Below, one piece after another: positions 20,137-30,774 of a stretch of DNA of 58,123 nt. The stretch comes from Nitrospirota bacterium. Lineage in GTDB: Bacteria; JACPQY01. The stretch lies in assembly GCA_016180645.1 (NCBI GenBank), contig JACPAV010000015.1, forward strand, positions 62,001-120,123, written 5' to 3'. Both the position numbers and the translations under genes were made by a program. How positions within the stretch are numbered: the stretch's first letter is position 1; each line of letters opens with the position of its first letter. Below the pieces are notes generated by a model. The model searched no databases and was not told the origin of the DNA. It saw only the letters and a list, made by a program, of their open reading frames with translations.

Positions 20137-22740
20137 TCACGAAACCGGGGCGGGCAGATCGATCCGGAACTCCGTGCCTTTGTGGGGATCACTTTCCACC
20201 GAAATGGTTCCCTTGTGCTTCGTGACGATCTGGTGGCAGATGTAAAGCCCCAGCCCGGTGCCCTGGCCTGCCGGCTTGGTGGTGTAGAACGGTTTGAAGA
20301 TGTCCACCAGGATGTCTTTCGGAATGCCGCTGCCGTTGTCCTTGCAGAAGAAGATGACGGACCCGCCTCGACCGTCGTCCCGACGAAGGCGAGTTCCGAC
20401 TTCGATCTTCCCGCCCTGATTCGGCAGGGCCTGGATGGCGTTCTGGATGATGTTAATGGCGACTTGTCCGAGCTGCGAGAAATTGCCGACGATCATCGGG
20501 AGTTTCTCTCCAAACGATTTCGTAATCTCGACGGGGCTGCGCTTGTACTTGTTGTAGAGCACGCGGAGGGCGTCCTCCACCACGTCGTTCAGGTTGATCA
20601 TTTCCGTGTAGCTTTCCGATTGCCGAGAGAGATCGAGGAGACTCCGGATGATATCGCGCGCCCGCTGTTGCTCTTTAAGAATGAACTTGAGATCGTCTTT
20701 CACGGCCTCGACGTTTTCGCCCTGCATGGCTCTCTTCTCTTCCACGTCTTCGAGAATGCTCTGAATGAGGCTGTAGGCGCTGGCGAGGGGATTGTTGATC
20801 TCATGGGCCACGCCGGCCACGAGTTGTCCGATGGCCGCAAGGCTTTGGGAGCGGACCAATTCCTCCTGCGTCTGTTCCTTCTCCTTCAATGCCTCTTCGA
20901 GTTCGCGCGTCCGTTGCTGGACCTTTTCTTCGAGGTTGAGGTTGAGCACCTTGATCGTTTGGTACGAGATCGCATTTTGGAGCGAAACGGCCGTTTGGTT
21001 GGCGATCGTGCGGAGGAGGTCCATGTCTTCATCGGAGAAATGCCCGCCGTCCTTCCGTTCGCCCAGGATGAGCAGACCCTTCATCTCCTCCTGGAACAGG
21101 ATGGGGAGGATCACGGTGGCTTTCACCGCGTCGAGTGCGGGGATGCACATGGGGCAGAATTCGCGGAGCCGGGGCGATTCGAGAATTTCATACGTGGTCA
21201 GTTCCCGTCGCATGGTTTTGAGGAGCTGCACCAGTTCCGTATCGGCCATGAGCACGACGTCCGACGCTTGCAGGGGCGCGTCCCCTTCCGTCATGACCAC
21301 CTTGAAATCGCCGCCGGAGGACGTGGGGAGCAGGAAGACGCCGTGCGACAGATTCATGTATTTCACGAGGGTGTGGAGGACCTGGCGGAGGATCTCGGTG
21401 ACGTCGAGAAGATGCGTGAGGCGCGAGCTGACGTCCTGGATCGCCTTCTGGTACGAGTAGTCCACCCCCATCCGCCGCGCGAGCCACCGGCTGAGGCGGC
21501 GTTGCAGCGGATACACGAGGATCAGAGTCAGCAGGAAGATGAGCCAGGCGAAGCCGAGGGCGTAGATGAAGCCGATCTTGTCGGCGAGCCAGAAGAGGAT
21601 GACGAGATTCGCGCCGTAGATGAGAATGGCCGGGACCGAGGCAAGGGTGAAGGACAGGCCCTGCGTGAAGAGGCGGTCCATCGTGAAAAGGTCGAATCGG
21701 ATGATGCTGTAGCCGACGGCGAGCGGGTAGGCGATGAGGAACAAGAAGAGAGGGCCGAGGGGGATGACCACGTCCGTGAAGGTCATGATCGCCAGCGGAA
21801 TGATGACGGGACCGAAGGAGACCCACCCGCCGACGTTCAGCGCCTTCGCGCGCTGACGGTCCAGGCTCGTCGGTGGATGGCGCCACTTGTACATGCCCAC
21901 CACGCCCAGGATGCCGAGGGAGGCCAGGGCGTAGAGATTGGCAGCGGTGCTGACGGTGCGATAGGTCGCGCCTCCCCTCATCGAGGCCAGCGCAAGACCG
22001 ATCAACAGGACTGTGGACAGGGCGGCGATCGTTCCAAGCCACCTCCATCTGGCCTTGGCCGAGATGGCGAGCGGATAGGGAACGTGGAGGTAGCCGACGG
22101 CCACGGCGAGGGGAAAATAGCAGTAGAAAATCATCGAGAGCGGCACGAAACGATGGCCGAGGGTCAGGTCGTAGAGGCACAGTACGGCGGCACCGACGCC
22201 GTACATGATGATGAAAAACGGGAGGGCGGTGGCCACGTGATGGCGCCGGACGAAAATGACGAAGCCGAGGAGGAGGTAGATGAAGGCCACCCACGGAAGG
22301 ACACCGATCGAGTAGAACCAGTCCCGAGCCGAGAAGTCCATCGTGGCGACGGAAACGGTCTGAATCTTTCCGTTTCGCCGGATGGAGTAGCTGACGCTTT
22401 GGGAGAGAGCGTGTGCGATTCCGATTTCGTCGTCAAAGTCTCTTCGGGACATCGTTCGCAAGGCTTTCCCATTGATCGTGAGGATTTGATCCCACGTTTT
22501 CAGTTCCGCTTCCCGCCCCGTCCATCCCTCAAATCCGGAGTAGAAGACCGAACCGGCGCGCGTCATGAGAAAACCCTGGAACGGTTTCCCAATCCGGCTG
22601 ACGGAGTCGTACAGCCCCAGGACGGCGGCGGGCGCGATCACCGCCATCATGACGACGACGAGGGTCCATCGGGACCAGTGGGTGCCGTGGTGGGCGGGCG
22701 GATGAATGGGATCGTGCGGGGAGTGGACGTGTGAAGTCAC
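20137..22740 (-). CDS. Membrane sensor histidine kinase (PDZ-like + multi-TM + GAF + HisKA + HATPase)
   Basis: AGVAHEINNPL, NAIQA, DNGSGI, PFYTTK, GTGLGL. Confidence 0.93.
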   Translation of the reverse strand: MTSHVHSPHDPIHPPAHHGTHWSRWTLVVVMMAVIAPAAVLGLYDSVSRIGKPFQGFLMTRAGSVFYSGFEGWTGREAELKTWDQILTINGKALRTMSRRDFDDEIGIAHALSQSVSYSIRRNGKIQTVSVATMDFSARDWFYSIGVLPWVAFIYLLLGFVIFVRRHHVATALPFFIIMYGVGAAVLCLYDLTLGHRFVPLSMIFYCYFPLAVAVGYLHVPYPLAISAKARWRWLGTIAALSTVLLIGLALASMRGGATYRTVSTAANLYALASLGILGVVGMYKWRHPPTSLDRQRAKALNVGGWVSFGPVIIPLAIMTFTDVVIPLGPLFLFLIAYPLAVGYSIIRFDLFTMDRLFTQGLSFTLASVPAILIYGANLVILFWLADKIGFIYALGFAWLIFLLTLILVYPLQRRLSRWLARRMGVDYSYQKAIQDVSSRLTHLLDVTEILRQVLHTLVKYMNLSHGVFLLPTSSGGDFKVVMTEGDAPLQASDVVLMADTELVQLLKTMRRELTTYEILESPRLREFCPMCIPALDAVKATVILPILFQEEMKGLLILGERKDGGHFSDEDMDLLRTIANQTAVSLQNAISYQTIKVLNLNLEEKVQQRTRELEEALKEKEQTQEELVRSQSLAAIGQLVAGVAHEINNPLASAYSLIQSILEDVEEKRAMQGENVEAVKDDLKFILKEQQRARDIIRSLLDLSRQSESYTEMINLNDVVEDALRVLYNKYKRSPVEITKSFGEKLPMIVGNFSQLGQVAINIIQNAIQALPNQGGKIEVGTRLRRDDGRGGSVIFFCKDNGSGIPKDILVDIFKPFYTTKPAGQGTGLGLYICHQIVTKHKGTISVESDPHKGTEFRIDLPAPVS

Positions 22741-22752
22741 ACGACTCCCTTG

Positions 22753-23772
22753 CTAAAGCACGCGGAGGAGTTCGTAAGCCGTGACGGGCTTGTCGAAGCC
22801 CTTGATCTTCAGATCGGTGAGGGCACGGGCTTCCACCCGGCCGCTGACTTGCGCGTGGGCCGCCTCCGAGAGGAGGATCTGGCCGGGGGCGGCGGTGGAT
22901 TCCAGACGAGAGGCCAGATTCACCGTGGATCCCAGGGCGGTGTACTCCTTCTTGTGTTGGGAGCCGAGCAGGCCCGCGACCACGCGGCCTCGAGCCACGC
23001 CCACGCCGATTCGGAGCTCATGCAGCCCGCCGTTGCGGTGAGACGTGAGCTCGGCGCTCATGGACTGAATTTTCTGCCGTATTTCCTCCGTGGCGCGGAT
23101 GGCCCTGAGACAATCGTCCTCGAACGAGACCGGCGCGCCGAAGATGGCCATGATGCCGTCCCCGATATGCTTGTCGATGATTCCGTTGTGCTTCATGATC
23201 GTCTCGCCGATTGGGGTGTAGTAGTGGCTTTCGAGGTCGCGGGAGAGGGCTTCGGGCTCGGCCAGTTCGCAGGCCTGCGTGAAACCGCGGATATCGACGA
23301 ACACGATCGTGGCGTCCTGCCGCCGGGGATTCAGGAGCTTCGGGTTCCGCTGGATGTGCTCGAAAATCTGGGGCGACACCAGTTGGCGCAGTTTCTTCTT
23401 GAGATAGAAATCGCGGATGCGGATCCGCAGTTCCTCGTTTTCGAACGGCTTGGTCAGGAAACCGTCGATCCCGTGGTTGGTGGCGTCGATGGCGCTTTCG
23501 AGGGTGGCGTAGCCGGTGAGGACGATGCGGGTGAGGTCGGGGCGTATGCCGCCGATCTGTTCGAGGGTCTCGATCCCGTCCATCCCCGGCATTTTCAGGT
23601 CGGAGATGACGATTTCGATGCCCGGCTCGGATTGAACCATCCGGACGGCCTTGCCGCCCTCTTCGGCCAGGTGGATGGCATAGGATTCTCGCTGGAGCGC
23701 GCGGTGGATGCTCCGCCGCACTCCCTCTTCGTCGTCGACGACCAGCACTCCGATTCCGGCGGAATCTTCCAT
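22753..23772 (-). CDS. Response regulator receiver + class III adenylate/guanylate cyclase
   Basis: VLVVDD, DLKMPG, KPF; FVDIRGFT, DKHIGDG, VNLASRLE. Confidence 0.93.
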   Translation of the reverse strand: MEDSAGIGVLVVDDEEGVRRSIHRALQRESYAIHLAEEGGKAVRMVQSEPGIEIVISDLKMPGMDGIETLEQIGGIRPDLTRIVLTGYATLESAIDATNHGIDGFLTKPFENEELRIRIRDFYLKKKLRQLVSPQIFEHIQRNPKLLNPRRQDATIVFVDIRGFTQACELAEPEALSRDLESHYYTPIGETIMKHNGIIDKHIGDGIMAIFGAPVSFEDDCLRAIRATEEIRQKIQSMSAELTSHRNGGLHELRIGVGVARGRVVAGLLGSQHKKEYTALGSTVNLASRLESTAAPGQILLSEAAHAQVSGRVEARALTDLKIKGFDKPVTAYELLRVL

Positions 23773-23852
23773 GGTGGTGGGAGTATACCCCAAAGCGGGG
23801 CGTGCGTCACCCCCGGAAGCGGGGCGAATTGACGCAGTGCGTCAACAGGAAT

Positions 23853-23930
23853 GGGGTCATGTAGGAATGGTGCCATGGAGTCATGTAATCATCGGGTCAT
23901 GTGTTCATGTTCCCATGCGGCCATGGGGTC
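23853..23930. repeat. Period-8 CAT(G) degenerate tandem repeat; second copy at 38131-38200
   Basis: GCCATGGA-TCATGTAATCATCGGGTCATGTG shared, 31/32 nt identical. Confidence 0.75.
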
Positions 23931-24007
23931 AAGTGGCCGGCGTAGCGCCCCGGGCAGGAGGGGGACCGGGGCTCGCCATTGCCGCCCGAGGGATCTACAA
24001 TGGGCCG

Positions 24008-24202
24008 ATGCGGTTCCGCACGGCCATTGTCGACGAGCAGGATATTCGAGATGCGCGCCGTTTGACGGACGAGGACAGGGCGAGAATCATGCGTGAGCTG
24101 GCAAGATGGGCCGATCCACTGTGGAAACTTCCAGAGGAAAGAACATGGGGATTTTCGAGACGCGACTTGAGGAGACGTTCCAAAGGGCCGTCGGCGCGCT
24201 AG
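24008..24202 (+). CDS. Small protein upstream of nucleotidyltransferase (putative antitoxin-like partner)
   Basis: 64 aa; RRLTDEDRARIM; overlaps the next gene. Confidence 0.5.
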   Translation: MRFRTAIVDEQDIRDARRLTDEDRARIMRELARWADPLWKLPEERTWGFSRRDLRRRSKGPSAR

Positions 24203-24750
24203 AGAGAAAACATTTCCGCTTCTTTCTCATTGGCGCGGTTGCGCTGGGACACCGTCTTGTTCCCCAGGCCACGCAGGACGTCGACATCATCGTCGACCCG
24301 ATGCCTTTTGGACCGGAGGCCGTCCTTGGCTCGATGCTCGGGGCCGGATTCGATCTCGACACCTCGAAGCATTCCAAGGAGGGCCTGCGCCGTTTCTTCG
24401 CCCAAGGGCGCTTCATCCGATTCTACCGCGACGTGCACTGGGTGGACCTGTCCGTGGTGACGACCGGGCAGGACCGGCGTGCGCTCGACAACGCCACACC
24501 TCTGAAGGTATTCGGCCGCAGGGTTGCGGTTGCGACGGTCGAGGATTTGCTTGTCTACAAACTGCTTCGGGACGAGCCGAAGGACATCGAGGACAGACAC
24601 TTGATCATGAGCCGCCGGCTGCCGGAACTGGACCTTCGTTACGTGGAGGAAGCGGTGGTGGGGACCTACGATCCGCGAGCACGGCGGTTGTGGGCAAAGC
24701 TCAAGGCGGAATATCGGCGGAAGAGGCGACGCCGCGCGGCGCGGGAATGA
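24145..24750 (+). CDS. Nucleotidyltransferase (DUF6036/AbiEii-like)
   Basis: IGAVAL...ATQDVDII, EDLLVYKL...KDIED. Confidence 0.8.
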   Translation: MGIFETRLEETFQRAVGALERKHFRFFLIGAVALGHRLVPQATQDVDIIVDPMPFGPEAVLGSMLGAGFDLDTSKHSKEGLRRFFAQGRFIRFYRDVHWVDLSVVTTGQDRRALDNATPLKVFGRRVAVATVEDLLVYKLLRDEPKDIEDRHLIMSRRLPELDLRYVEEAVVGTYDPRARRLWAKLKAEYRRKRRRRAARE

Positions 24751-24756
24751 TTCGTG

Positions 24757-27700
24757 TCAGGGGAGGTTTTGCACTTGGACGGGGGTGGATTTGTTGGTCG
24801 TTGTTCCGTCGCCGAGTTGGCCGTTGGCATTGTTGCCCCAGCATATCACTGTGCCGTCGGAAAAGAGGGAACAGGTGTGATATTCGCCCCCCGCGACGGC
24901 CACACCGCCCGAGAGGCCGCTCACGGCCACGGGGGTCGATTTGCTTGCCGCCGTCCCGTCCCCAAGCTGACCTTCGAGATTGCGCCCCCAGCATTTCACC
25001 GTGCCGTCGGAAAGAAGGGAACAGGTGTGAGATTTGCCCGCCGCGATGGCGACAGCCGCGCTCAGCGTGGACACAGCGACGGGGGTCGATTTGTCCGCCG
25101 TTGTCCCGTCCCCAAGCTGACCGGAGAAATTGTACCCCCAGCATTTCACCGTGCCATCGAAAAGAAGGGAACAGGTGTGATAGTAGCCCCCCGCCACGGC
25201 CACGCCGCCCGACAGGCTGCTCACGGCGACGGGGGTCGATTTGGGCGCCGCCGTCCCGTCCCCAAGCTGACCGTAGAGATTGTACCCCCAGCATTTGACC
25301 ATGCCGTCGGAAAGAAGGGAACAGGTGTGATAGTAGCCCCCCGCCACGGCCACACCGCCCGACAGGCTGCTCACGGCCACGGGGGTCGACTTGTCCGCGG
25401 TCGTCCCGTCCCCAAGCTGACCGTTGACATTGCGCCCCCAGCATTTCACCGTGCCGTCGGAGATGAGGGAACAGGTGTGAGAGTAGCCCCCCGCCACGGC
25501 CACGCCGCCCGACAGGCTGCTCACGGCCACGGGGGTCGATTTGTCCGCCGTCGTCCCGTCCCCAAGCTGACCGAAGTTATTGATCCCCCAGCATTTGACC
25601 GTGCCGTCGGAAAGAAGGGAACAGGTGTGATTGCCGAGGTGGGCGGTGAGGCCTTCGCGGAATGGCCGGGCGGGGGCGCCGGAGGCGGTGGATTCGTGGA
25701 GGCGGGGGAGTTTCACGCCCATTGGTCCGGCGGGCATCGAGACGGTTACGGGTGTGGACTTGTCGATGGTCGTCCCGTCCCCAAGCTGACCGAAGTTATT
25801 CCGCCCCCAGCATTTCACCGTGCCGTCGGAGATGAGGGAACAGGTGTGAGAGTCGCCCCCCGCCACGGCCACGCCGCCCGACAGGCTGCTCACGGCGACG
25901 GGGGTCGATTTGGGCGCCGTCGTCCCGTCCCCAAGCTGACCGTTGCTATTGATCCCCCAGCATTTCACCGTGCCGTCGGAAAGAAGGGAACAGGTGTGAT
26001 AGTAGCCCCCCGTAACGGCCACGCCGTTCGACAGGCTGCTCACGGCCACGGGGGTCGATTTGTCCGCCGTCGTCCCGTCCCCAAGCTCACCGTCGCCATT
26101 GTATCCCCAGCATTTCACTGTGCCGTCGGAAAGAAGGGAACAGGTGTGAAGGTAGCCCCCCGCGACGGCCACGCCGTTCGACAAGGAGCTCACGGTGAGC
26201 GGAGTGGCCCGATCGGTGGTGGTCCCGTCCCCAAGCTGACCGTTGCTATTGTACCCCCAGCATTTCACGGTGCCGTCGGAAAGAAGGGAACAGGTGTGAA
26301 GGTAGCCCCCCGACACGGCGACGCCGTTCGACAAGGAGGTCACGGTGACCGGAGTGGCCCGATCGGTGGTGGTCCCGTCCCCAAGCTCACCGTCGCCATT
26401 GAACCCCCAGCATTTCACCGTGCCGTCGGATAGGAGGGAACAGGTGTGATCGCCGCCCCCCGACACGGCGACGCCGTTCGACAAGGAGGTCACGGTGAGC
26501 GGAGTGGCCCGATCGGTGGTGGTCCCGTCCCCAAGCTGACCGAAGTTATTCCGCCCCCAGCATTTCACCGTGCCGTCGGAAAGAAGGGAACAGGTGTGTC
26601 GGTAGCCCCCCGCCACGGCGACGCCGTTCGACAAGGAGCTCACGGTGAGCGGAGTGGCCCGATCGGTGGTGGTCCCGTCCCCAAGCTGACCGTTGCTATT
26701 GTACCCCCAGCATTTCACTTCGCTTGAGGCGGACAGGCTACAGGTGTGATTGCAGAGGTGGGTGGTGACGGCCACGGCGGCGCCGGTGGTGGACCAGGTG
26801 AGGGCGGATTTTTCGGTGGTGTTGGTGTCTGAGTTGCCGGCCTCGTCCTTGGCCCGGACGACGTAGTAGTAACGGGTGGCCGCCGAGAGGCCGGTCGTGT
26901 CGTTGTAGCTTGTGGCGCCGGCGGTGGAGGTGTACGTCGCGGAAAACGCCGAGCATCCGCCCGAGGTGGCCGATCGACAGATGTCGTAGACAATGGCTCC
27001 GGAGGCGCTCACGGTGTCGGTCGCGGCCGACCAGGAGAGGTTGATTTGGGTTGTTGACACGGCCGTTGCGCTCGTGAGTCCGCCGAAGGTCGGCGCGGAC
27101 CAGTCGTTGGTCCACGTGATGTCCAAATTGTTCGCCGTGGAACTGCCGTTCCCGGCGGCATCCACGCAGGCCATGTATCGGGCGTAGGTGGCATCCGCGG
27201 CGGCGGCGCCGGTAAGCTGGCAGGCCGTTGCGCTCGCGCAGGCCGTCCCCGTCCCGCTGCTGTACGCGCTGTCGGTTGTGTACCACCGGCAGGCGGTGGT
27301 GCCGGAGACGGCATCCGTGCTGGTGAAGACGATGTCCGTATTGGAATCGTTCGCCGTGTCGTAGTACGTCGCCGCCGCGTCCCCCTCCACACTCGTCAGG
27401 GTGAGCGGCGGGGCGGTCCAGTCGTTCGTCCACGCAACGGCGACGTTGGTGGCCGCGTCGTTCGCGTTCCCGGCACTGTCAATGCAAGCGATGTATCGCG
27501 TGTAGGTCGTGCCCTCCGTGGCCGCCGCCGTGATGGTGCAGAGGCTTGTGGACGCGCAGGTGTTTGCCATCGAGCCGTAGGCGATGTCCGTGGTGTCCCA
27601 CTTGCACGTGGCGACGCCGGCGGAGTCGGTGGCGGAGATGGCGATGTCGGTGTTCGTGTCATTGACGGCGTCGTAGTACGTGGAGGCGGTATCCCCTTCG

Positions 27701-30255
27701 ACATTCGTGATCGAGATCGAGGGAGGGACCCAGTCGTTCGTTTTGGACGTTGAGCCGCCTTGGTTCCCGGCGGCGTCGGTGGCGGTGACGTAAACGGTTG
27801 CATTGGTATTGTCGCCGATGCTGATCGCATCGAAGACGCCGCTCGCGGAGGCCGTGCCCTGACCGAGAAGCGCGGTGAGAAGCGCGTCGGCCCATACTTT
27901 CACAGTAGATGAGGCTTCCACGGCACCCCCTGCTCCGCTCACCGTATCGTTTGTTCCAGGATTATTCTGTGAAATGGTGAGCTTCGCAGGGTCCGGGGCG
28001 GAGGGGGCGGTCGTGTCGAGGGTCCAGGTGTATGAAGTCGTGCCTGGGTTTCCGGCGGGATCGGTGGCTTGAACGGTGAAGGTGTAAGAGCCGTCGCCCT
28101 TCGACAGGCTCAGGGCGAGCGGGGAGGAGCAGGTTGCGTACGAACCGGCGGCGCCAGGTTGATCGAGTTTGCAGGCGAAGGAGCAAGAGGGCGGGGCAAG
28201 CCCCGCCCCTACATCGGAACAGGCAAGAGAGAAGGAGACGGAGACTTGATTACTGACGGCTGAAGGCTGAGAGCTGATCGCTACAGTGGGCGGTGTGAGG
28301 TCGATGGTCCAACTGTAGCCCGCGGGGGTCCCGTCGGCATTGCCGGCGGGGTCGAGGGCCCGCACACTGAACGTGTGTGCTCCCGCCGTGAGGGGTGAGA
28401 GGGTGAGGGGTGAGGCGCAAGAGGCATAGGAAGCAGAGTCCGCGGAGCACTCGAACGAGCACCCCCCACCCGAACCCTCCCCCGCGGGGGGGGAGGGGCA
28501 GGAAAAGGTGAATGAGCCCGAAGTCTGATTGCTGACCGCTGACGGCTGACTGCGGATCGCTGTTTCAGGCGGTGTCGTATCGACCGTCCACGTGAACGAG
28601 GCCGGTGTGGGATCCTTGTTGCCGGCGGGGTCTACGGCGTAGACGGAGAAGGTGTGCGACCCTTCGACGGCGCTCAGGGTGAGCTGACTTGTACAGGGAG
28701 AAGGGGTGCCGGTGTCGAGTTGGCAGTAGAAAGAGCAGGACTGAGGGCTGAGGGCCGAGGACTGAGCCGAAGAATCGGAGCACGAGAACCCAAAGGTTGC
28801 CGTGGTCTTGTTGCTGATAGCTGACGGCTGTACGCTGATGGCTGTCTCGGGCGGGATCGTGTCGGTGGAGGGGGGCACGACCGCCCAGGTGTAGACGATC
28901 GGGTTTGAGGTTTTTCCATCCGAGGCGGTACCGCGAACGGAAAGGGTGTGGTTTCCCGCGGCAAGGCCCGTGAAGGTAATGGGGCTTGGACAGGCCGCGA
29001 ACGGCCCGCCGTCAAGAGCACAACTGAGGAGGCAGGTTCCGTTGCAAGCGAAGGAGAATGAGGCCGTCGTGTCCGTGGCGGCTTTCGGGGTTTCCGTGAA
29101 GCTTACGCTCGGCGGATTCTCCGCGCTCGGGGTTGAAGTCCCTCCGGAATCGCCGGCAGGCAGTTTGACGAGGAAAACCGCGTTCGCCGCCGAACCGACG
29201 ACGCCCCCGCCGGTCTTGGGGCGGACCGCGAAGCTGTGCGCGCCATCGGCAAGGCCCTGCCAGACATAGGTGGCTTCGCAGTCCGCGAAAGCTCCTTTGT
29301 CGAGAGAGCACTCGAACGCGCACCCTGCCGCGCGGTCGCAGCCGAAAGTGAAGACCACCGAGGTTGTCGCCAAGGTTACCCCCGAGCCGCACTTGTCCGT
29401 TCCTGCCGCCACGCACTGGAAGTTCGCTATCGAGGGCGCGGAGAGGACGGCGGCATCGACCGGGAGCGCAACCTGGACGTTCTGCTTGATCTGGATTTCA
29501 GCGGCGAGATCCTTGGCCGCGCCCTCGAGTTGCGGCTTGAGAGCAGCGACGATCCTGGAAATCTCCTCTTCCGTCAGCGGCCGCGTGTCTTTCGTGGGGT
29601 CGATCCCGAGATCCGGGGCTTTTTCCATGGCGAACGCCTGGACGAGGTTGGGCAGGCCGGACTTGTTGTTGGAGGGCATCGCTACGTCGATGGGGTCGAT
29701 GGGGGCATCCTGTATCCGGCCTCCGCTCACCGCCACGGAGGTCTCTGCCTTCAGGAGCGATATTTCAGGGTGGCCGGGGAGAATGAGAACGACGACAAAC
29801 ACGTGCACCCCTTCGGAAAGCGCCAGGGGCAAGGTGAGTTCCGTGACGAAGGCAAGCGCGTTCGGGCTTCGGGGCTGCCTGCCGATCCTGTCTCCAGAAA
29901 GTTCTTGCCTGGGCGGCGCGCCTGGAACCGGTTCCGGTTCCCCTCCGATCGCTCTCCTTCCCGCGCGAACACCGCCCATTGCGCCCGAGAGGATCTCTCC
30001 TCGGACGCCTTGGCCCACCATCTCATCGTCCACGCTCACGTCCACGGTTGCCGCCCGCACGCCCTGAAGCATCGCCGCCTGCTCGGACGTGAGAGGAACG
30101 GCCACGGTGACATCGCGGGCGCTTTCGCCGGCGGGATCAACGGAAACTCTTTTCTTCTTCTTGGACTTCCCACACCCGAGAGGTCCACATATCGCAAGGA
30201 CGAGAAGCGCGAATACGATGGTCGGCCATCGGCGCGATCGGCCCTCTGCTCCCAT
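24757..30255 (-). CDS. Large lipoprotein: multiple Ig-like domains + FN3 + RCC1 propellers (7+6 blades)
   Basis: PLGC lipobox; DTTPP Ig-like repeats; 13 near-identical 150-bp RCC1 repeats. Confidence 0.9.
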   Translation of the reverse strand: MGAEGRSRRWPTIVFALLVLAICGPLGCGKSKKKKRVSVDPAGESARDVTVAVPLTSEQAAMLQGVRAATVDVSVDDEMVGQGVRGEILSGAMGGVRAGRRAIGGEPEPVPGAPPRQELSGDRIGRQPRSPNALAFVTELTLPLALSEGVHVFVVVLILPGHPEISLLKAETSVAVSGGRIQDAPIDPIDVAMPSNNKSGLPNLVQAFAMEKAPDLGIDPTKDTRPLTEEEISRIVAALKPQLEGAAKDLAAEIQIKQNVQVALPVDAAVLSAPSIANFQCVAAGTDKCGSGVTLATTSVVFTFGCDRAAGCAFECSLDKGAFADCEATYVWQGLADGAHSFAVRPKTGGGVVGSAANAVFLVKLPAGDSGGTSTPSAENPPSVSFTETPKAATDTTASFSFACNGTCLLSCALDGGPFAACPSPITFTGLAAGNHTLSVRGTASDGKTSNPIVYTWAVVPPSTDTIPPETAISVQPSAISNKTTATFGFSCSDSSAQSSALSPQSCSFYCQLDTGTPSPCTSQLTLSAVEGSHTFSVYAVDPAGNKDPTPASFTWTVDTTPPETAIRSQPSAVSNQTSGSFTFSCPSPPAGEGSGGGCSFECSADSASYASCASPLTLSPLTAGAHTFSVRALDPAGNADGTPAGYSWTIDLTPPTVAISSQPSAVSNQVSVSFSLACSDVGAGLAPPSCSFACKLDQPGAAGSYATCSSPLALSLSKGDGSYTFTVQATDPAGNPGTTSYTWTLDTTAPSAPDPAKLTISQNNPGTNDTVSGAGGAVEASSTVKVWADALLTALLGQGTASASGVFDAISIGDNTNATVYVTATDAAGNQGGSTSKTNDWVPPSISITNVEGDTASTYYDAVNDTNTDIAISATDSAGVATCKWDTTDIAYGSMANTCASTSLCTITAAATEGTTYTRYIACIDSAGNANDAATNVAVAWTNDWTAPPLTLTSVEGDAAATYYDTANDSNTDIVFTSTDAVSGTTACRWYTTDSAYSSGTGTACASATACQLTGAAAADATYARYMACVDAAGNGSSTANNLDITWTNDWSAPTFGGLTSATAVSTTQINLSWSAATDTVSASGAIVYDICRSATSGGCSAFSATYTSTAGATSYNDTTGLSAATRYYYVVRAKDEAGNSDTNTTEKSALTWSTTGAAVAVTTHLCNHTCSLSASSEVKCWGYNSNGQLGDGTTTDRATPLTVSSLSNGVAVAGGYRHTCSLLSDGTVKCWGRNNFGQLGDGTTTDRATPLTVTSLSNGVAVSGGGDHTCSLLSDGTVKCWGFNGDGELGDGTTTDRATPVTVTSLSNGVAVSGGYLHTCSLLSDGTVKCWGYNSNGQLGDGTTTDRATPLTVSSLSNGVAVAGGYLHTCSLLSDGTVKCWGYNGDGELGDGTTADKSTPVAVSSLSNGVAVTGGYYHTCSLLSDGTVKCWGINSNGQLGDGTTAPKSTPVAVSSLSGGVAVAGGDSHTCSLISDGTVKCWGRNNFGQLGDGTTIDKSTPVTVSMPAGPMGVKLPRLHESTASGAPARPFREGLTAHLGNHTCSLLSDGTVKCWGINNFGQLGDGTTADKSTPVAVSSLSGGVAVAGGYSHTCSLISDGTVKCWGRNVNGQLGDGTTADKSTPVAVSSLSGGVAVAGGYYHTCSLLSDGMVKCWGYNLYGQLGDGTAAPKSTPVAVSSLSGGVAVAGGYYHTCSLLFDGTVKCWGYNFSGQLGDGTTADKSTPVAVSTLSAAVAIAAGKSHTCSLLSDGTVKCWGRNLEGQLGDGTAASKSTPVAVSGLSGGVAVAGGEYHTCSLFSDGTVICWGNNANGQLGDGTTTNKSTPVQVQNLP

Positions 30256-30325
30256 CCGGCTGCGGGGATTGTACATCATGCTCACGGCCGATGACACTCG
30301 TCTTGCTCTTTCGTTCCGGGTCGCA

Positions 30326-30685
30326 TCATCTCGCGCTGAAGGCCGCGAACGCGAGCCACAGAAGGGCCCACGGACCGATCTCTCGGCCGAGAAACAAAAC
30401 ACCCTTGAATACGGTCTTGGTCGATCCTGTCATGCGATACCTCCTTTGCTCCATGAACCTGACGTTGAAATCATGCGCGATCCCGCCGGCCAACGGCCCG
30501 ACCGACTCCATCGGGACCTCATCGTCGTCAGGCAATGTGGTTGGGCCTCCATGGGAGCGATCGTGGCAGGCCATGCAATAGGGACCGTCTGAATAGCGCG
30601 GTTCACCCGGAGAAATCTCCCTTCCGCATTTGAGGCATGCGCACACCCAAGACTTCTGCTTCCTGTTTTCGAGACTCGGTTCCAC
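30326..30685 (-). CDS. Small protein with CxxC..CxxCH motif and a His-kinase H-box remnant; internal start at 30433 would give a 35-aa hydrophobic peptide
   Basis: GGAGG-GTG start; CLKC...[22 protein letters not shown] before ATG 30433. Confidence 0.4.
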   Translation of the reverse strand: MEPSLENRKQKSWVCACLKCGREISPGEPRYSDGPYCMACHDRSHGGPTTLPDDDEVPMESVGPLAGGIAHDFNVRFMEQRRYRMTGSTKTVFKGVLFLGREIGPWALLWLAFAAFSAR

Positions 30686-30757
30686 GCCTCCCCCCTTTCG
30701 GTTATGTCTTTCCGTGTTGCTTGGTTGTTGACTTTCCATTGCACTTGTCTTGGAGAG

Positions 30758-30774
30758 AGCAACGGCCATGCCAG
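30758..30774 (-). promoter_or_regulatory. Sigma54 -24/-12 promoter
   Basis: CTGGCATGGCCGTTGCT matches TGGCA-N6-TTGC; divergent from a sigma54 activator gene. Confidence 0.65.

Noticed and set aside
20182-22734. 850-aa plus-strand ORF
   Set aside because: Antisense shadow of the His kinase, expected from high-GC codon bias.
24754-26433. 559-aa repetitive plus-strand ORF
   Set aside because: Antisense shadow of the RCC1 repeats.
24757-26760. 150-bp periodic repeats as a CRISPR array
   Set aside because: They are in-frame RCC1 coding repeats with no unique spacers, and there are no cas genes.
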